This document shows positions 1 through 13,559 of a stretch of 64,000 nt of DNA, piece by piece. The number at the start of each line of letters is the position of its first letter. Position 1 is the stretch's first letter. This DNA is from Mobula hypostoma (Eukaryota). The stretch is from assembly GCF_963921235.1 (NCBI RefSeq), contig NC_086097.1:115384001-115448000 (forward strand). The letters are read 5' to 3'. Made by a program: the position numbers and the translations under genes. The notes under the pieces were generated by a model. The model ran no database searches. It saw nothing but the letters and a program-made list of their open reading frames with translations, and had not been told where the DNA came from.

Positions 1-7
1 ATATTTT

Positions 8-102
8 CCTGATGAAGGATCTTTGCCCAAAACATTGACAGTTAATTCTTTCCATAGATTCTGCCTGACCTGCTGAGTTCCTCCAGCATTTTGTGTGTGT
101 TA
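8..102 (+). repeat. Penelope 3' tail fragment with degenerate hammerhead motif
   Basis: cctgatgaagg...cccaaaacattgac followed by ctgcctgacctgctgagttcctccagcattttgtgtgtgtt, homologous to the Penelope tail at 35110-35200. Confidence 0.75.
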
Positions 103-394
103 CTCTAAATATTTCATACTGACTGTTTGGATGACTATAGTACACATCTAGCAATCAGTTCATTTGATTTATTCCTTCCATTTCAACTGTGTGACTTTTG
201 TTTATCTTTGTGGTATTATTTTCCTTGTCCAACTTTAAACCTTAATGGTTTCGGCACTACTGTTCTTTACCGAACTAATAATGGCTGCTGCCATCCTTTA
301 AGTGCTGCAGACTAACTTTCAGTGAATCTCTCCACACACCAAGTGTGGTCACCAGAGTCTCCTGACTGGCTGTATCACATCCTTTTTTCAGAAA

Positions 395-915
395 CACCAA
401 CTGGTGTTTCCATACCAGAGCCTGCAGGAAGTGTTGGATACAGACCTGTCCATCAGAGGCAAAGCCTTCCCACCATTGAGCATACTTACGTGGAGCATCT
501 CCACAAGAAAGCAACACCCATCAACAAGGACCACCACCATTCTGGCCATGCCCTGTTCTCGCTGCTGCCATCATGAAGGAGGTACAGGAACCTTGTCTCC
601 CACAGCAGCAGGTTTAGAAACAATTACTACCCTACAACCATCAGGCTCCTGAAGTGACAAGGACTTCACTCACCCCAACTTGATCTACAACCTTCAGGTC
701 AACTTTCAAGGACCTTTCAACGCATGTTCTCAGAATTAATATATTTCTATATTTGTACATTGCCTGCTTGTCAGACTTTGTTTATCTATTGTTTTTCATA
801 AATGTTATTGTTTCTCTTTATTTTTCTGTAAATGGCTGCAAGATAATGAAGCTCAAGGTGGTAGTATATGATAATGTACTGTATATGTACTTTGATAATA
901 AGTTTTACTTTGATT
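395..915 (+). mobile_element. Rex1/Babar-type LINE 3' fragment (degraded)
   Basis: KATPINKDHHHSGHALFSLLPS resembles the HP-H-LF-LLPSGRRYR C-terminus of other copies (62422-62745); AT-rich 3' UTR ending gataataagttttactttga. Confidence 0.7.
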
Positions 916-2012
916 TTGTCTGCTCTCTGCTAGTGAAATAAGCTAACATGTGACAATTGCTGACCACTTCTTTCACATGACTGTGGTGATGGTGGTTGAT
1001 AGGAGTGGTACTAAAATGGAAGAATATCTAGTGTGGTATGTCTTCACTCAATTTATTGTACCAGTGTACAAACCTCCTACAAAGTGATTCACCAAATTCT
1101 GTTGAAGAAATTTTAAGCAACTGTGTCAATCTTACATTAAAACACAAAAGATCATATAGTCAGAAAGGGCAACAATCCCATCTTGTTCAAAATGATCTGA
1201 AATTCTGTTCAGAGGAAGTTATTTTAGAATAATAAAGTTATTAATACGAAAGAATGCTCAAATGGGATATCTCTGAGGATTTGCAAAAGACTGCGGAATC
1301 TAAACATCTGTGGATGGTTAAATGAAGAGTAGATAGGTCAGGAAAGAATGATCTGAGTCAAGCTGATGTTGGCAGAGTTTATACACAGCAGAGATGTCAC
1401 CATGGAGATCTTAACCGTCTCTTCGGTATTTCTCTCAAACCATCTCTTTGACCTCTGTTTGTTATTGAATTCCTTCTCCATAGTATGCTTCCAATTTGCA
1501 TTGTGCTCGGAGGTAATTGGCTCACAAGATGAATTAAATTCTGATAGTGCATGCCTCCTCTTTCATTCACTTATGAAAGACACATTTCCAAAAGATAGCA
1601 AGGTAGGAATATTCTCATAAACCTGAATACTGCAGGATACTTACAAATCATGCTTATTCAGAGACAGAAAGCTGCGTGAACTGAAATGACCTGCTCGGAT
1701 GTTTAAATTTGAGCATTCTACATGAGGCTCACAAATTAATGCAATTAGTAAATTTACTAGGAACTGAACTAAACAGCCCCAAAATGAAGTACTCTGATTA
1801 TGATCCAACGAACCTGCATTCTTTCAACTGAATGCAGGGAGCAAACCAATCTGTAGAGCAGAGGCTGAACTAATAATTCTGTTTATAGGCTTATCTATTC
1901 AGCAGACATCCTGGCAATAGCATTTCATGAAAGATTCACTGACAGTTAGTTTGCTTCTCTTCAAGGATGGCAGATTTTGTGATCAACAAAATGCTGAAAC
2001 CATACACCATAA

Positions 2013-2310
2013 AAGTGGCAGAGTACTGTAGTGACAAGTGTAATGCTTTACGGTGCCAACAATCATGATCAGGGTTCAAATTTAGCTGTTGCATCATCTG
2101 TAAGGAGTTTGTATGTTCTCCCTGTCACCATTTGGGTTTCCTCCAGGTCTTCCTGTTTTCTCACACATTCCAAAGATGTACAGGTGAGGGTGAATGAATG
2201 ACAGGCATGCTATGAGGCTGCTGGAAGCATGGCAACACTTGTAGGTTGCCCCCAGCACAATGTTTGGACTATGTGAACTCAAAACAGTATGTCCACTGTA
2301 CGTTTGGATA
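2013..2310 (+). mobile_element. tRNA-derived V-SINE (HE1-like)
   Basis: B-box-like gggttcaaat followed by V-domain-like tgtatgttctccctgtcaccatttgggtttcctccagg...cacattccaaaga; related to 50858-51170. Confidence 0.7.
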
Positions 2311-2324
2311 TTTTAATGTTTTAG

Positions 2325-5300
2325 CTGACAAGCTGGTGCAGGGAGCAGGACTTCAGGTTCTTGGATCATTAGAGTCTCTTCTAGGGGATGTATGAACTGA
2401 ACAAAAGGGATGGGTTGTACCTGAACCCAACGGGGACCAATATTTTCGCAGGTTGTATTGTTAGAGCTTTTGGGGAGGGTGTAAAGTAAGTTGGCAGGGA
2501 GGTAGGAACAGGGGTGAAGGGACTCAGGATAGGACAGATAGTGAAAAAGCAAAGATAGCTTGCAGTCAGATTGTCAGGAAGGGCAGCAAATGATAAGACA
2601 AAATTGCAGCCAGCAAGGTGAGTTCCAGTGCATTAGGGATGCAGAGTAAAAAAGGGTAGCAAATACATTAGTCAAAGAGTTATATCATAATGCACAGATA
2701 TAAGAAATAAGGTGGATGATCTTGTTGCACTTTTACAGATTGTCTGGTATGATGTTGTGGCTATCACTGAATTGTGGCTGGTTGTAGTTGGGAGCTGAAT
2801 GTCCAAGGTTACTCATTGTATTGGAGGGATGGAAAGGTAGGAAGAAGGGGTGGTGTGGCTCTGCTGGTAAAGAGTGGTATCAAATCATTAGAAAGATGTG
2901 ATATAGGATTGGAAGATGTTGAATCCTTGAGGGTTGAGTTGAGAAAGGTCAAAGCTAAAAGGACACTGATGACAGTTATATAGAGGCCTCCAAACAGTAG
3001 CTGGGATGTGGACTAAAAGACTACATCAAGAAATAGAAAAGGCACATCAAAAGGGCAACTTTATGATTGCCATGGTGGATTTTAACATGCAGGTCCATTG
3101 GGAAAATAAGGTTGGTAATGGATCTCAAGAGAGAGAATTTGTTGAATGCCTACAACATGGCTTTTTAGAGCAGCTTGTCGTTGAGTCTCCTAGGGGATCA
3201 GCTATACTGGATTGGGTGTAATATAATAAACTGGAGGGGATTAGGGAGCTTAAGGTAAAGGAACACCTAATAGCCAGAGATCACAATATGATTGAGTTCA
3301 ACTTGAAATTTGATAGGGAGAAAGTAAATTCTGATGTAGCAGTATTTCAGAGGAGTAAAGGAAATTACAGTGGTATGAGAGAGGATTTGGCCGAAATAAA
3401 TTGGAAGGAGATGCTGGCAGGGATGACAATAGAGCAGCAATGGCCTGAGTTTCTGGGAAAAATGAGGAAAGTACATGTTAGATACATTCCAAAAACTAAG
3501 GAATACTCAAATGTCAAAATAATACAACTGTGGCTGAGAAGGGAAGTCAAAGGCAAAAGAGAGGGCATACAACAAAGCAAAAAATAGTGGGAAGACAGGA
3601 GATTGAGAAGCTTTTAAAACCCTACAGAGAACAACTAAAAGAATCATTCGGAAGGAAAAGATGAAATATGAAAGCAAGCTAACAGACAATATCAAAGTGA
3701 ATTGTAAAAGCTTTTTCAAGTATAGTATGTAAAAAAAAGAGAGATGAGAGTAGATATAGGACCTCTGGAAAATGAGGTTAGAGAAATAATAACAGGGGCC
3801 AAGCAGATGATTGATGAACTAAATGAGTAATTTACATCAGTCTTCACTGTGGAAGACACTAGAAGTGTGCCAGGTGTTGAAGAGTGCGAGAGAGGGGAAG
3901 TGAGTGTGATTACTATTACAAGGGAGAAGGTGCTCAAAAAGCTGAAAGGTCTAAGGGTACATAAGTCACCCTGAGCAGATGAGCTGCACCCCAGATGAGC
4001 ATTAGTAATAATCTTTCAAAAATCTTTGGACTCTGGCATGGTTCTGGAGGACTAGAAAATTGCAAATGTCCCTCCACTCTTTAAGAAAAGAGGGAAGCAG
4101 CAGAAATGAAATTATAGATGAATTAGACTGACACCTGGTGTTTGGGAAGGTATTAGAGTCAATTGTTAAGGATGAGGTTATGGGGTACTTGGTGACACAG
4201 GACAAGACAGGACAAAGTCAGCATGATTTCCTGAAGGGAAAATCTTGCTGAACAAGCCTGTTGGAATTCTTTGAGCAGATTACAAGTAGACCTTGAATAT
4301 TTGGGTTTTAAGAAGGCCTTTGACAAGGTGCTACACACAAGGCTTCTTACCAATTTAAGAGCTTATGGTATCACAGGAAAGTCACAGCATGGTTAGGGCA
4401 TTGGCTAGTTGGTAGAAGGCAGCGAGTGGGAGTAAAAGGATCCTTGTCTGGTTGGCTGCCAGTGACTAGTGGTGTTCCACAGGGGTCGGTGTTGGAACTG
4501 CTTCTTTTTATGCTCCATATCAATGACTTAGATGATGGAATAGATGTTGTCATGTTTGCAGGTGATAGAAAGATTGGTGGAGGAGCAAGTATTGTCGAGG
4601 AAACAGGAAGGCTCTAGGGGCACTTAGACAAATTAGGAGAATGAGCAAGAAAGAAGCAAATGAAATATAATGTTGGAAAATGCATGGGCTTGCACATTGT
4701 TAAAAGAAATAAATGTGAAGACTATTTCATAAACTGGCAGAAAATCCAAAAATTTGAGATTTAAAGGGGCTTGGGAGTCCTTGTGAAGAACTTGCAGGTT
4801 GAGTCAGTGGTGAGAAAGGCAAATGCAATGTTAACATTTATTTCAAGAGGTCTAGTAAATAAGAACGGACTAGTGATGCTAAGGCTTTATAAGGCATTAT
4901 TGAGGCCTCACCTTGAATATTGTGAACAGTTTTGGGCTCCTTATCGAAGAAAAGATGTGCTGGTATTGGAGAGGTTTCACTAGAGGTTCACAAGGATGAT
5001 TCCAGGAATGAAGGGGCTATCAAAAGAGGATCATTTGATGGCTCTGGGCCTGTATTTGCTAGAATTTAGAAGGACGAGTGGGGATCTCATTGAAATCTTT
5101 TGAACATTGAAAGGCCCAGACAGAGTAGATCTGGAAAGAATGCTTCTTATGGTTGGGGAGTCTAGGAGAAGGGAGCACAGCCTCGGGATAATGGAACGTC
5201 CATTTAAAACAGAGGTGAAAAGAAATTTCTTTAGCTAGAGAGTGGTGAATTTGCGGAATTTTTTACCACAGGCAGATGTGGAGGCTTGATCATTGAGTGC
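2325..5300 (+). mobile_element. CR1 (HER1-like) LINE, ORF1 end plus most of ORF2, pseudogenised
   Basis: APE fragments (RRGGVALLVK, VDFNM, ILDWV) and RT fragments ([29 protein letters not shown]) in order, with many stops and frameshifts. Confidence 0.9.
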
Positions 5301-8300
5301 CAGAAGGAGATTAGTAGGTTGAGGAGAGAGCTTAGATCGTTGAGACAGAGGTGGAAGGTTGAAAATGAGGGTGACAAGCCAGGGCTTGCTGATCTCTGAG
5401 AGCATTTTCGAATAAAGTTAGCATCACTCCATCATGCAGAGTCACAACATAAAAAGAGAAAGAAGAGAGAGAAGGCAAGAAAGTCGTTCTTTGAGAACTC
5501 TCACGAGCTCACAAAGAAACTATTTGAACAAAATAAGAGTGGGCAGCTTAACATCTCTCAACAAGAACTTGAGGATCACCTGGCAAGCACTTACTCTAAC
5601 GAACAGCGGGAGGCTCCTTTACTTGACATTTCAGGGCTTGTGAAGCCTACCAAGCCAGGAGTGAAGTTCAATCTGTCAGAACCCAAACTGGCAGAAGTCG
5701 GAACGGCTCATCAGAAAGGCAAGGTCAGGCTCAGTGCCAGGACCTAATGGAGTGCCGTATAAGATGTTTAAGAAGTGTGAACAGCTGAGGAAATACTTGT
5801 GGAGATTGTTAAAGGTAGTGTGGAGACAAGGTAGTGTTCCTTTGTCATGGAGTGAGGCTGAAGGAGTATACATCCCAAAGGAAGAGAATTCTTCTACATT
5901 GAATCAGTTCCGACCAATTTCACACCTGAATGTAAAGGGGAAGATTATGTTTGGCATTCTGGCAGAAAGAATATCTTCATTTGTGATAGAGAATGGACTA
6001 GTAAATACATCTATGCAGAAGGCAGGAGTACCAAGCTTCCCAGGATGCCTTGCACATTCTAGTATGATATGGCATACCATCCAGGAGTCAAAAGGGTTGA
6101 GGAGAAATCTGGCTGTAGTTTGGCTTGATCTGGCAAATGCGTATGGTTCTGTTCCCCATGTCCTGATTGAGTTTGTGATGGAATTCCTATGGATTCCTGC
6201 TAAGGTGAGGAACTTTGTTATGCAGTACTACGATTTTGAGATGAGGTTTTCCACTCAGCAGTTTACAACTAGAAGGCAGAGCTTGGATGTTGGAATCCCA
6301 ATGGGATGTGCAATTTCACCCATCCTTTTTGTGCTAGCCATGGAGGTCATTGTGAGGGCTGTAGAATCAGTGGGACCAGGTGTCGCACTTGATGGTGGAG
6401 GGGAGTTATGACCAATATGAGCGTTCATGGACGATCTTACCATTTTGGGTCCCAGCACGTAGGCAGTGGAAAATGTACTGTCTAGACTCGAGGAGCTAAT
6501 GGATTGGGGAAGAATGAAGTTCAAGACCAAGAAGTCAAGGAGCCTTGTTCTTAGGAGAGGAAAGCTGGTTGACTTTCATTTCACCCTTTGTGGAGAGGAG
6601 ATTCCATCCATTCAGGATCAACCAGTTAAGAGCCTCAGGCGATGGTACACAGAGGAACTGAGAGACACCAAGAGGGTTCAAAAGACAGGAGAACAGATCA
6701 GCAGAGCTCTGATGTCTGTTGGCAAGTGTGGCTTGCCTGGCAAGTTGATGTTGTGGTGCTTGCAGTATGGACTGATGCCACGGATAATATGGCCACTAAC
6801 TGTCTATGAAGTGGCAATGTCCCATGTTGAGGCAATGGAACGGAAGATCAACAAGTATATGAAGAAGTGGCTTGGAGTACCGAGCAGCCTCACCATTGTT
6901 GCAATCCACAGTAGCCAGACAAAGCTTACCATCCCAGTGCAATCCCTTGTTAAAGAGGTCAAGGTAGCCAAGGTAAGATCATTCTTGATGCTTCAAGACT
7001 CAAAAGATCCTGTCATCAAGAACACCCAGCCGGATGTGAGATCAGGCAGGAAGTGGTCAGCCCGTGTAGCAGTTGATGAGGCAGAGCCTAGGCTGAAGCA
7101 CAAGGAGACGGTTGGGGCTATCCAGCTAGGCCACCAGGGACTTGGGTGGACAACCCACAAGTGGTGGTCATCTTCTACAGGTAAGGAGTGCCGTGAGCTT
7201 GTAATGCAAGAAATATGAGACGTAGAAGAGAAGAGGAGGTTAGCTAAAACAGCTGGCCTGGCCAAACAAGGGGCTTGGACCCGTTGGGAAAGTGTTGAAC
7301 AACGACATCTATCTTGGGATGTTCTGTGGCAGATGGAACCGCTCTGCATTTCTTTTCTATGCAGAGCAGCGTACGATCTGCTCCCAACACCTGCCAACCT
7401 CAGCAGCTGGTATGAAGATAAGACAGACAGGTGTGCTGCTTGTGGCGAGAAGGGAACACTCCAACATATCTTGAGTGCGTACAGAGTCAATCTTTCCAGC
7501 AGCATGTCACTTCGAGACATAACAACATTCTTAAAGTTGTAACAGAAGCGGTTGAGTAGAGAGTACTGCAGCACAACTTATCTCATGCCCCATGCTGCAC
7601 AGAATATCGTATATCATTTGTGAAAGAAGGCTCCAACTCAAGGGTGTACAGCACAGGCTCACGATCAAGCATACTTTCTTCAGCCAATGATTGATGTGTC
7701 AAGGCTGACCTGGATGGGAAAGGCAGTTTCCCAGAGCAAATAGCTTTCACCACATTGCGTCCAGATATAATCGTATGGTCTGACACCAGTAGAGAAGTGG
7801 TTATTGATGAACTCACAGTCCCCTGGGAAGACAACATTGGTGAAGCCCATGAGCGCAAGTTAACCAAGTATGCAGAATTAAGATCAGAGTGCAGAGACAG
7901 AGGGTGGAAGGTCTCATGCTATCCATTCGAAGTAGGCTGCCGTGGGTTTATTGCGTTCACTTTCCAGAAGTGGCTGCGTGACCTTGGCTTCACTAGAAGA
8001 GAGATCAAGTCAACCAACAGGGCTGTAGCTGAGGCGGCAGAGAAAGGATCAGCATGGGTGTGGATCAAGTATGTCCAGAGGGGCAGATAGTTAGACAGCG
8101 TATACATATTTTGCAAACCCTTCAGTGGTTGCATAGACACCTGAAGAGCAGACTAACTGTTGGATGGAAGTGACCAACAACTCTGATAGAGGCAGATGCC
8201 AAGTTTTTAAGCTCACCAGTGGGAGATGGTGCTTTAGCACTGCTGGCCCACCACCTCGAGAAAGTCCTGATCTTAAGCGGGCCGAAACTCCTGAAGACAG

Positions 8301-8368
8301 ATGGCAGATCAACTAATGATCCCACTGGTGATAGTACAGGACAGTTAACACCTTAGTCCGCGTGTATT
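5301..8368 (+). mobile_element. R2-superfamily (Hero-like) non-LTR retrotransposon with RLE endonuclease, 5' truncated and disrupted
   Basis: PGPNG, FRPIS, WLDLANAYGSVPH, GIPMGCAISP and AFMDDL RT motifs; zinc knuckle remnant CAACGEKGTLQHILS; RLE motif RPDIIVW...ELTVPWE...RKLTKY; about 280-bp 3' UTR. Confidence 0.88.
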
Positions 8369-9239
8369 TTGTAACTCCCGTGGTGGAATGGGCTGCATCC
8401 ATTACTTTTTGTAGGCTTTTCTGCTCAAGGCATTGGTGTTTCCATACTAGCCATGATGTAACCTGTCAATATAAGTGTACAAGAGGCATCCAAACTGTCA
8501 AATGAAATAAAATGGCAACTATTCAATTAGGGAAAAATAGCAAACAGCAAAATCTGAAGATTTTAATTGGGATAGTTATGGTGTAAAGGACATAGAAGGA
8601 ACGGAACTTTTGATATGTTTTCCAATTTACATGTTAAGCCCAATGTAGAAGAAAGTGATGCTCAATTTAACTTCAAGGAATGAAACAGGACAGATGGAAG
8701 GATAGACGGTGGGAGAACATTTTGATTACAATTCAGAATTAGTGTAAGTATAGAAATGAACAAAATATACGCCAGGCAGAAATAAGACCAGAAAACCATA
8801 AAACCTAAGAACGTAATTAGGCCATTTGGCCAATTGAGTCTGCTCTACTGTTCCATCATGACTGAGTTATTATCCATCTCGCCCCCATTCTCCTGTTTTC
8901 TCCCCGTTAACTTCGGCACTCTTGCTAATTATGAACCTACCAACCTTCGCTTTTAATGTACTCTATAATTTAGCATTCACTGCCATCTGAGACAATGAGT
9001 TCCACAGATTCAACCTCTCTGGCTAAGGGTCTATGGACAGGTCTGTCTTTGTGGACTTCAGTTCAAACTCTATTAACCTGCGAGTATTGCTTGCATGATT
9101 TGTTTTATTTTGTCTGCACATTGGGTGTTTAACAGTCTTTTTTCATGTTTTTTTTGTGTTCTGTGGCTGCCTGTTCAGAGAAAATTCTCAGGGTTGTACA
9201 ATGTATGCATACTTTGATAGTAAATGTACTTTGAACATT

Positions 9240-9800
9240 GGGGTGTATGGGGTGTCAGAGAGGGGTAGCACCTCTGGTGGGGGAACATATCGCATCCTTT
9301 TCAAGGTGGTTAGCCCTCCTTTGGTCCCCACCTGGCACTCAGCTCTCACCTGTGGCTCCCCGTAGCTGTTTGCATGTGACAGTGGCCACACTCCAGCCAA
9401 TGGCTTCGACAAGCCAGCTAAACCAGGCAAGAGTAGCCAACGGATCTCAAACCCTCGGTGAGATAAGGAGTTGTCTATCCCAGCATGTGAAGACAGACTT
9501 CGACGGATTGAATGGACAAGACCAATGGAAGGTCCAACAGTCAAGAAGGCAGTCTCTGTAAGCATTGTGGAACATGTAGAGCAGGACAAGACACAGAAGA
9601 CGCCCTGTTCATCCACTGCACCTTGTCCCATCTTCAGCCATCTCGACTCTGTCTTGCCACTGGATCCAAATGGGAATTGGGGAGAGAGAGTGAGGCTGAC
9701 GCTGCGCAACTCTCCCTCACTTAGATCCAAATCACGCGCTAGACTCGACACCATCATAATGGTGTCAAGGTCCTTATCGACGTTGACGATGGACGAACAC
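9240..9800 (+). mobile_element. Non-autonomous RTE-related element (bipartite 5'/3' ends)
   Basis: 3' end ctgcgcaactctccctcacttagatccaaatcacg...gacgatggacgaac resembles RTE/Mar1-type 3' ends; flanked by a repeated actttgaac within another repeat tail. Confidence 0.55.
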
Positions 9801-10319
9801 TTTGAACTTTGAAGGAAATTCCTCCTTGTGTTTTGAACTGGTTGGTTCAAATTTGTTATGCTGAGATATGTATGCAGCAGAAATGTTCTGGGAACAACTA
9901 GATGAAGATATTTTGACGAGGTAGAGGGAGGTATTTGTAGAAGAAATAGAAAGGGTTCAAGCCAGCTATCTTCTAATCATCAAAACACATGGATGATGTA
10001 TCAGATGGGATAAATTGACAAAGAGCTCATAACAAAGACTGAGAACCAACACTGCAGAAGGTCATGATAAGTATGGAAGATAATTGGAAGTTAGGAGGCA
10101 AAAAATACACACATAAATATCCATATTTATAATCAAGACAAATCATGTACTAATATGGAGGAAGAATAAACGTAGTGTTCCAGATGAAAAGAAGACAAGG
10201 GTAGTGCAGACATTTATGTTGCGGTGGGAGAATGTGGACATAGAGAAAGAGGACAAATTAAGTATCTGGTATCTTTGAACATGGACAAATTAAAAGAGTC
10301 AAATTCAATAAATTTCCTG

Positions 10320-11740
10320 TTTCAGGCTGTGGTTTCCTCCTGCTTTAAGGTGTCCACTATCATCCTGGTACCCAAGAAAAACAAGATAAACATTATTGAC
10401 TACAATGACCATCATAAACTGCTTTAAGAAGCAACCTTGACCCTCTGCAGTCCACTGAAACAAGTCGACGGCAGATGTCATCTCCCTAGCCCTGCACTTA
10501 TTTCTAGAGCATCTGGATAGTCACCAATGACCTGTCTTAGTCCAGCCATGAAAACTCATCAACATCTCTACTTCCTCAGGAGGGCAAAAGAACTTAACAT
10601 GTTCCCATTAACCCTTACCAACTTTTATCAATGAACTATATCTGAATGCATAACAGGTTGCTATGGCAACTGCTCTTCACATGACCACAAGAAACTGCTG
10701 AGAGATGTGTACACAACTCACCACATCATGGAAACCAACCTCCCCTCAAACGACTCTGTCTATACTTCTCGATGCCTCATTAAAGAAGCCAACATAAGCA
10801 GCACTTTCCCAGTGTAATAAGAATATTCAGAAGCTTCCTTAGTGCACCAAGATGGACTCTTGACCCAACAATAAGATTCACTCTTGACCTCACAGTGTAC
10901 CTCATTATCATCTTGCACTTTATTGTTTACCTGCACTTACTTCCCCTGTAGCTGTTGTATCTTTTTCCGCATTGTTATTGTGTTACATTGTTCTATCTCA
11001 ATGGCTGTTACTATTTCGGAGGACCTGTCCTGCACCCAGTATTTAAGTGCAATTGCGAAGAAAACACAGCAGCACCTCTACTTCCTTAGGAGTCTGTGGA
11101 GATCTGGCATGAAATGTAAAACTTCGACAAACTTCTATAGTTGTGTAGTGGAAAAAGTATTGACTGGCTGTATCATGGCCTGGTGTGGAAACACCAATGC
11201 CTTTGAACGGAAAATCCTACAAAAGGTAGAGAATTCAGCCCAGTACATCACATCACAGGTAAAGCCTTCCCAATTATTGAGCACATCTACATGAAATGCC
11301 CTCGTAGGAGAGCAGCATCCATCGTCAGAGATTGCCACTGCTCAGGTCATGCTCTTTTCTCATTGCTACTATCAAATAGAAGCCACTAGCGCTGAAGGAC
11401 TTGTATCACCAGGTTCAAGAACAGGTACTACCCCTCAACCATCAGGCTCTTGAACAAAAGGGGACAACTACATTCACTTGCCCATCCATTGAGATGTTTC
11501 CACAGCCAATGATCTCACTTTATTGACTCATTATTTCATGTTCTCATTATTTATTGCTACTTATTTATATTTGCATTTGCACCGTTTGTTGTTTTCTGCA
11601 CTGGTTGATCTTTCACTGATCCTGTTATTGTTACTATTCTATAAATTTGGTGAGTATGTCCACAGGAAAATGAATCTTGGGGTTTACGTGGTGACACGTA
11701 TGTACCTTGATAGTAAAATTTACTTTCAACTTTGAACTTT
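10320..11740 (+). mobile_element. Two degraded Rex1/Babar LINE fragments
   Basis: CFKVSTIILVPKK and KKTQQHLYFLRSL...FYSCVVEKVLTGCIMAWCGN; 3' tail tttactttcaactttgaactt. Confidence 0.75.
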
Positions 11741-12199
11741 AATAAATTCATCTGTGTGAACAGTACGCTAGATATTCTTTCTCAGTATTTTGGTACATGT
11801 GACTATAATAAACCAACAGCAATACCAATACTCATATCAATATGCAGGGTAAGAGTTGGTGCAGATTCTGGCAATCATTTTCCAATCTTTTTTGGCCCCA
11901 GGATTTGAGCAGGGGGAGCATGAGGCAGAAGCTCTTCACCCAAAGGCTGGTGAGAGTGTGGAGCAAGTTGCCAATGCAAGCAGTGAATGCAGGTTTGATT
12001 TCAACATTTCAGACTAATTTGGATAAATACATGGATGGGAGGAGGGCGGAGGTCTATAGTCTGAGTGCTGGTCAATGGGACTAGGCAGAATAATAGTTTG
12101 GCATAGACTAAGTGGGCTGGAAGTCCTGTTTCTATGTTTTTTTTCCTATTTTTTTCTATGTTTTTTAATGTTTTTTTTTGTTTCTATTACTGGAAAACT

Positions 12200-13540
12200 T
12201 CTGTTGTGGTAACAGAAGTAAAAAAAGAAAAAAGGGATAGACAGAGTAACTACAGGTTAGTTAGCCTAACATGGATACAAATAACTGAAAACATTTCTGA
12301 CAGACAACATTTTATTTTATTTATTTTATTTAATTTAGAGATACAGCATAGTATCAGACCCTTCCTACCCAACAAGCCCAAGCTGCCAAATTATAACCAT
12401 GTGACCAATTAATCTACTAACCTTGCACATCTTTGGAATGTAGGAGGAAACCAAAATGGTCACGGACATACGTAAAAATGGTGGAGGTAGTGAACCCGGG
12501 TGGCTGGTGCTGTAATAGCATTACGCTAACCACTACAGGAGGGATCAGTGACAGTAACAGTTAATTTTTTGATTAAGTTTTATACCTGACTAAATTCTTT
12601 ATATTTTTAAGAAAGAAACTTAAGATTGCAGTTGTGGGATGTGGTGAAGAGGCATTGATAGACTTTAGTAAGGAATTTGTGATAGACTGAACTGGAAAGT
12701 AAAAGCCCATGGGATCGAAGATAGTAGACCGATAGTTCACAGTGGAAAACAGCAGAGGATTGATTATGAGCCATAAAAGCTGGGAAGCTGTGCAGAATGG
12801 AGTTCCACAGAGCTCAGTAAAACCCCCTTTTTATTGAGATGATTTAGGTTCTATTCTTAGCACCACGATTAGGAGGTTTGCAGATGGTGCAAAATTGGTA
12901 ATATCATTGATGGTGAGGAGAAGGTGTTAGGTTGTAGGAAGATATTACTAGACTGGCAATGTGTGAACTAAAATAGCAAGCGCCAATTAATCCGGAACTT
13001 GGTATAATTTTTCACACTCGCTGAAGTTATACTGTCAAAAATGCTCAAGGCAGTTTTGAACTTTGACAACATCTTTGGAGGATATCCAAACCTGTACAGC
13101 ATTCGAGATGTGAATCTGGTTGATGGATAAATGGATACATTAGTGAGGCTGGAACATGACACTGAGGCAATGGAAGCAAACATGACTGTGGAGAATATAA
13201 TAAATAATAAGAAACTATGAAATGTAGAGAATGGGTGAGCCCAGAATTTCCCAACAACCGCAAGTCAGGCAGATAAAGAAACTAAGAAGGTGAGGAAAGC
13301 ACATAACTTTGTTGACAGTTGAGGGATTGAGCTGGATCTGTGAAAACACTCCTTAACTTGAGAGTGTAGTCATGTTTCACTTTGATCATCATATTACAAG
13401 AAGGATGCAATAACAGGAGGCAAGACTTACAATAAAATTTCTGGGGCTGTTGTGTAATATTTTTCAGGAGAGATAGACTAATTTGGGAATGTCTTTATTT
13501 TTTGAATAAAATAGACTCTGGGGAAGTGTGAATGAAGTCA
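12200..13540 (+). mobile_element. Old, highly degraded CR1 ORF2 remnant containing a minus-strand V-SINE fragment (about 12330-12540)
   Basis: NYRLVSLT; tttgcagatggtgcaaaattgg (FADGAK, FADDTK-like); revcomp V-SINE head at 12430-12540. Confidence 0.55.
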
Positions 13541-13559
13541 CCAAGATTGTTTTTTTTTC

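Noticed and set aside
1030..1700. Exon-like segments, e.g. catag|TATGC...GCAAG|gtagg (CFQFALCSEVIGSQDELNSDSACLLFHSLMKDTFPKDSK)
   Set aside because: Plausible splice sites, but no recognisable protein and no compatible neighbouring exons; cannot be supported without RNA or homology data
9188..9850. 220-aa minus-strand ORF
   Set aside because: Antisense frame over a repeat with no recognisable domain
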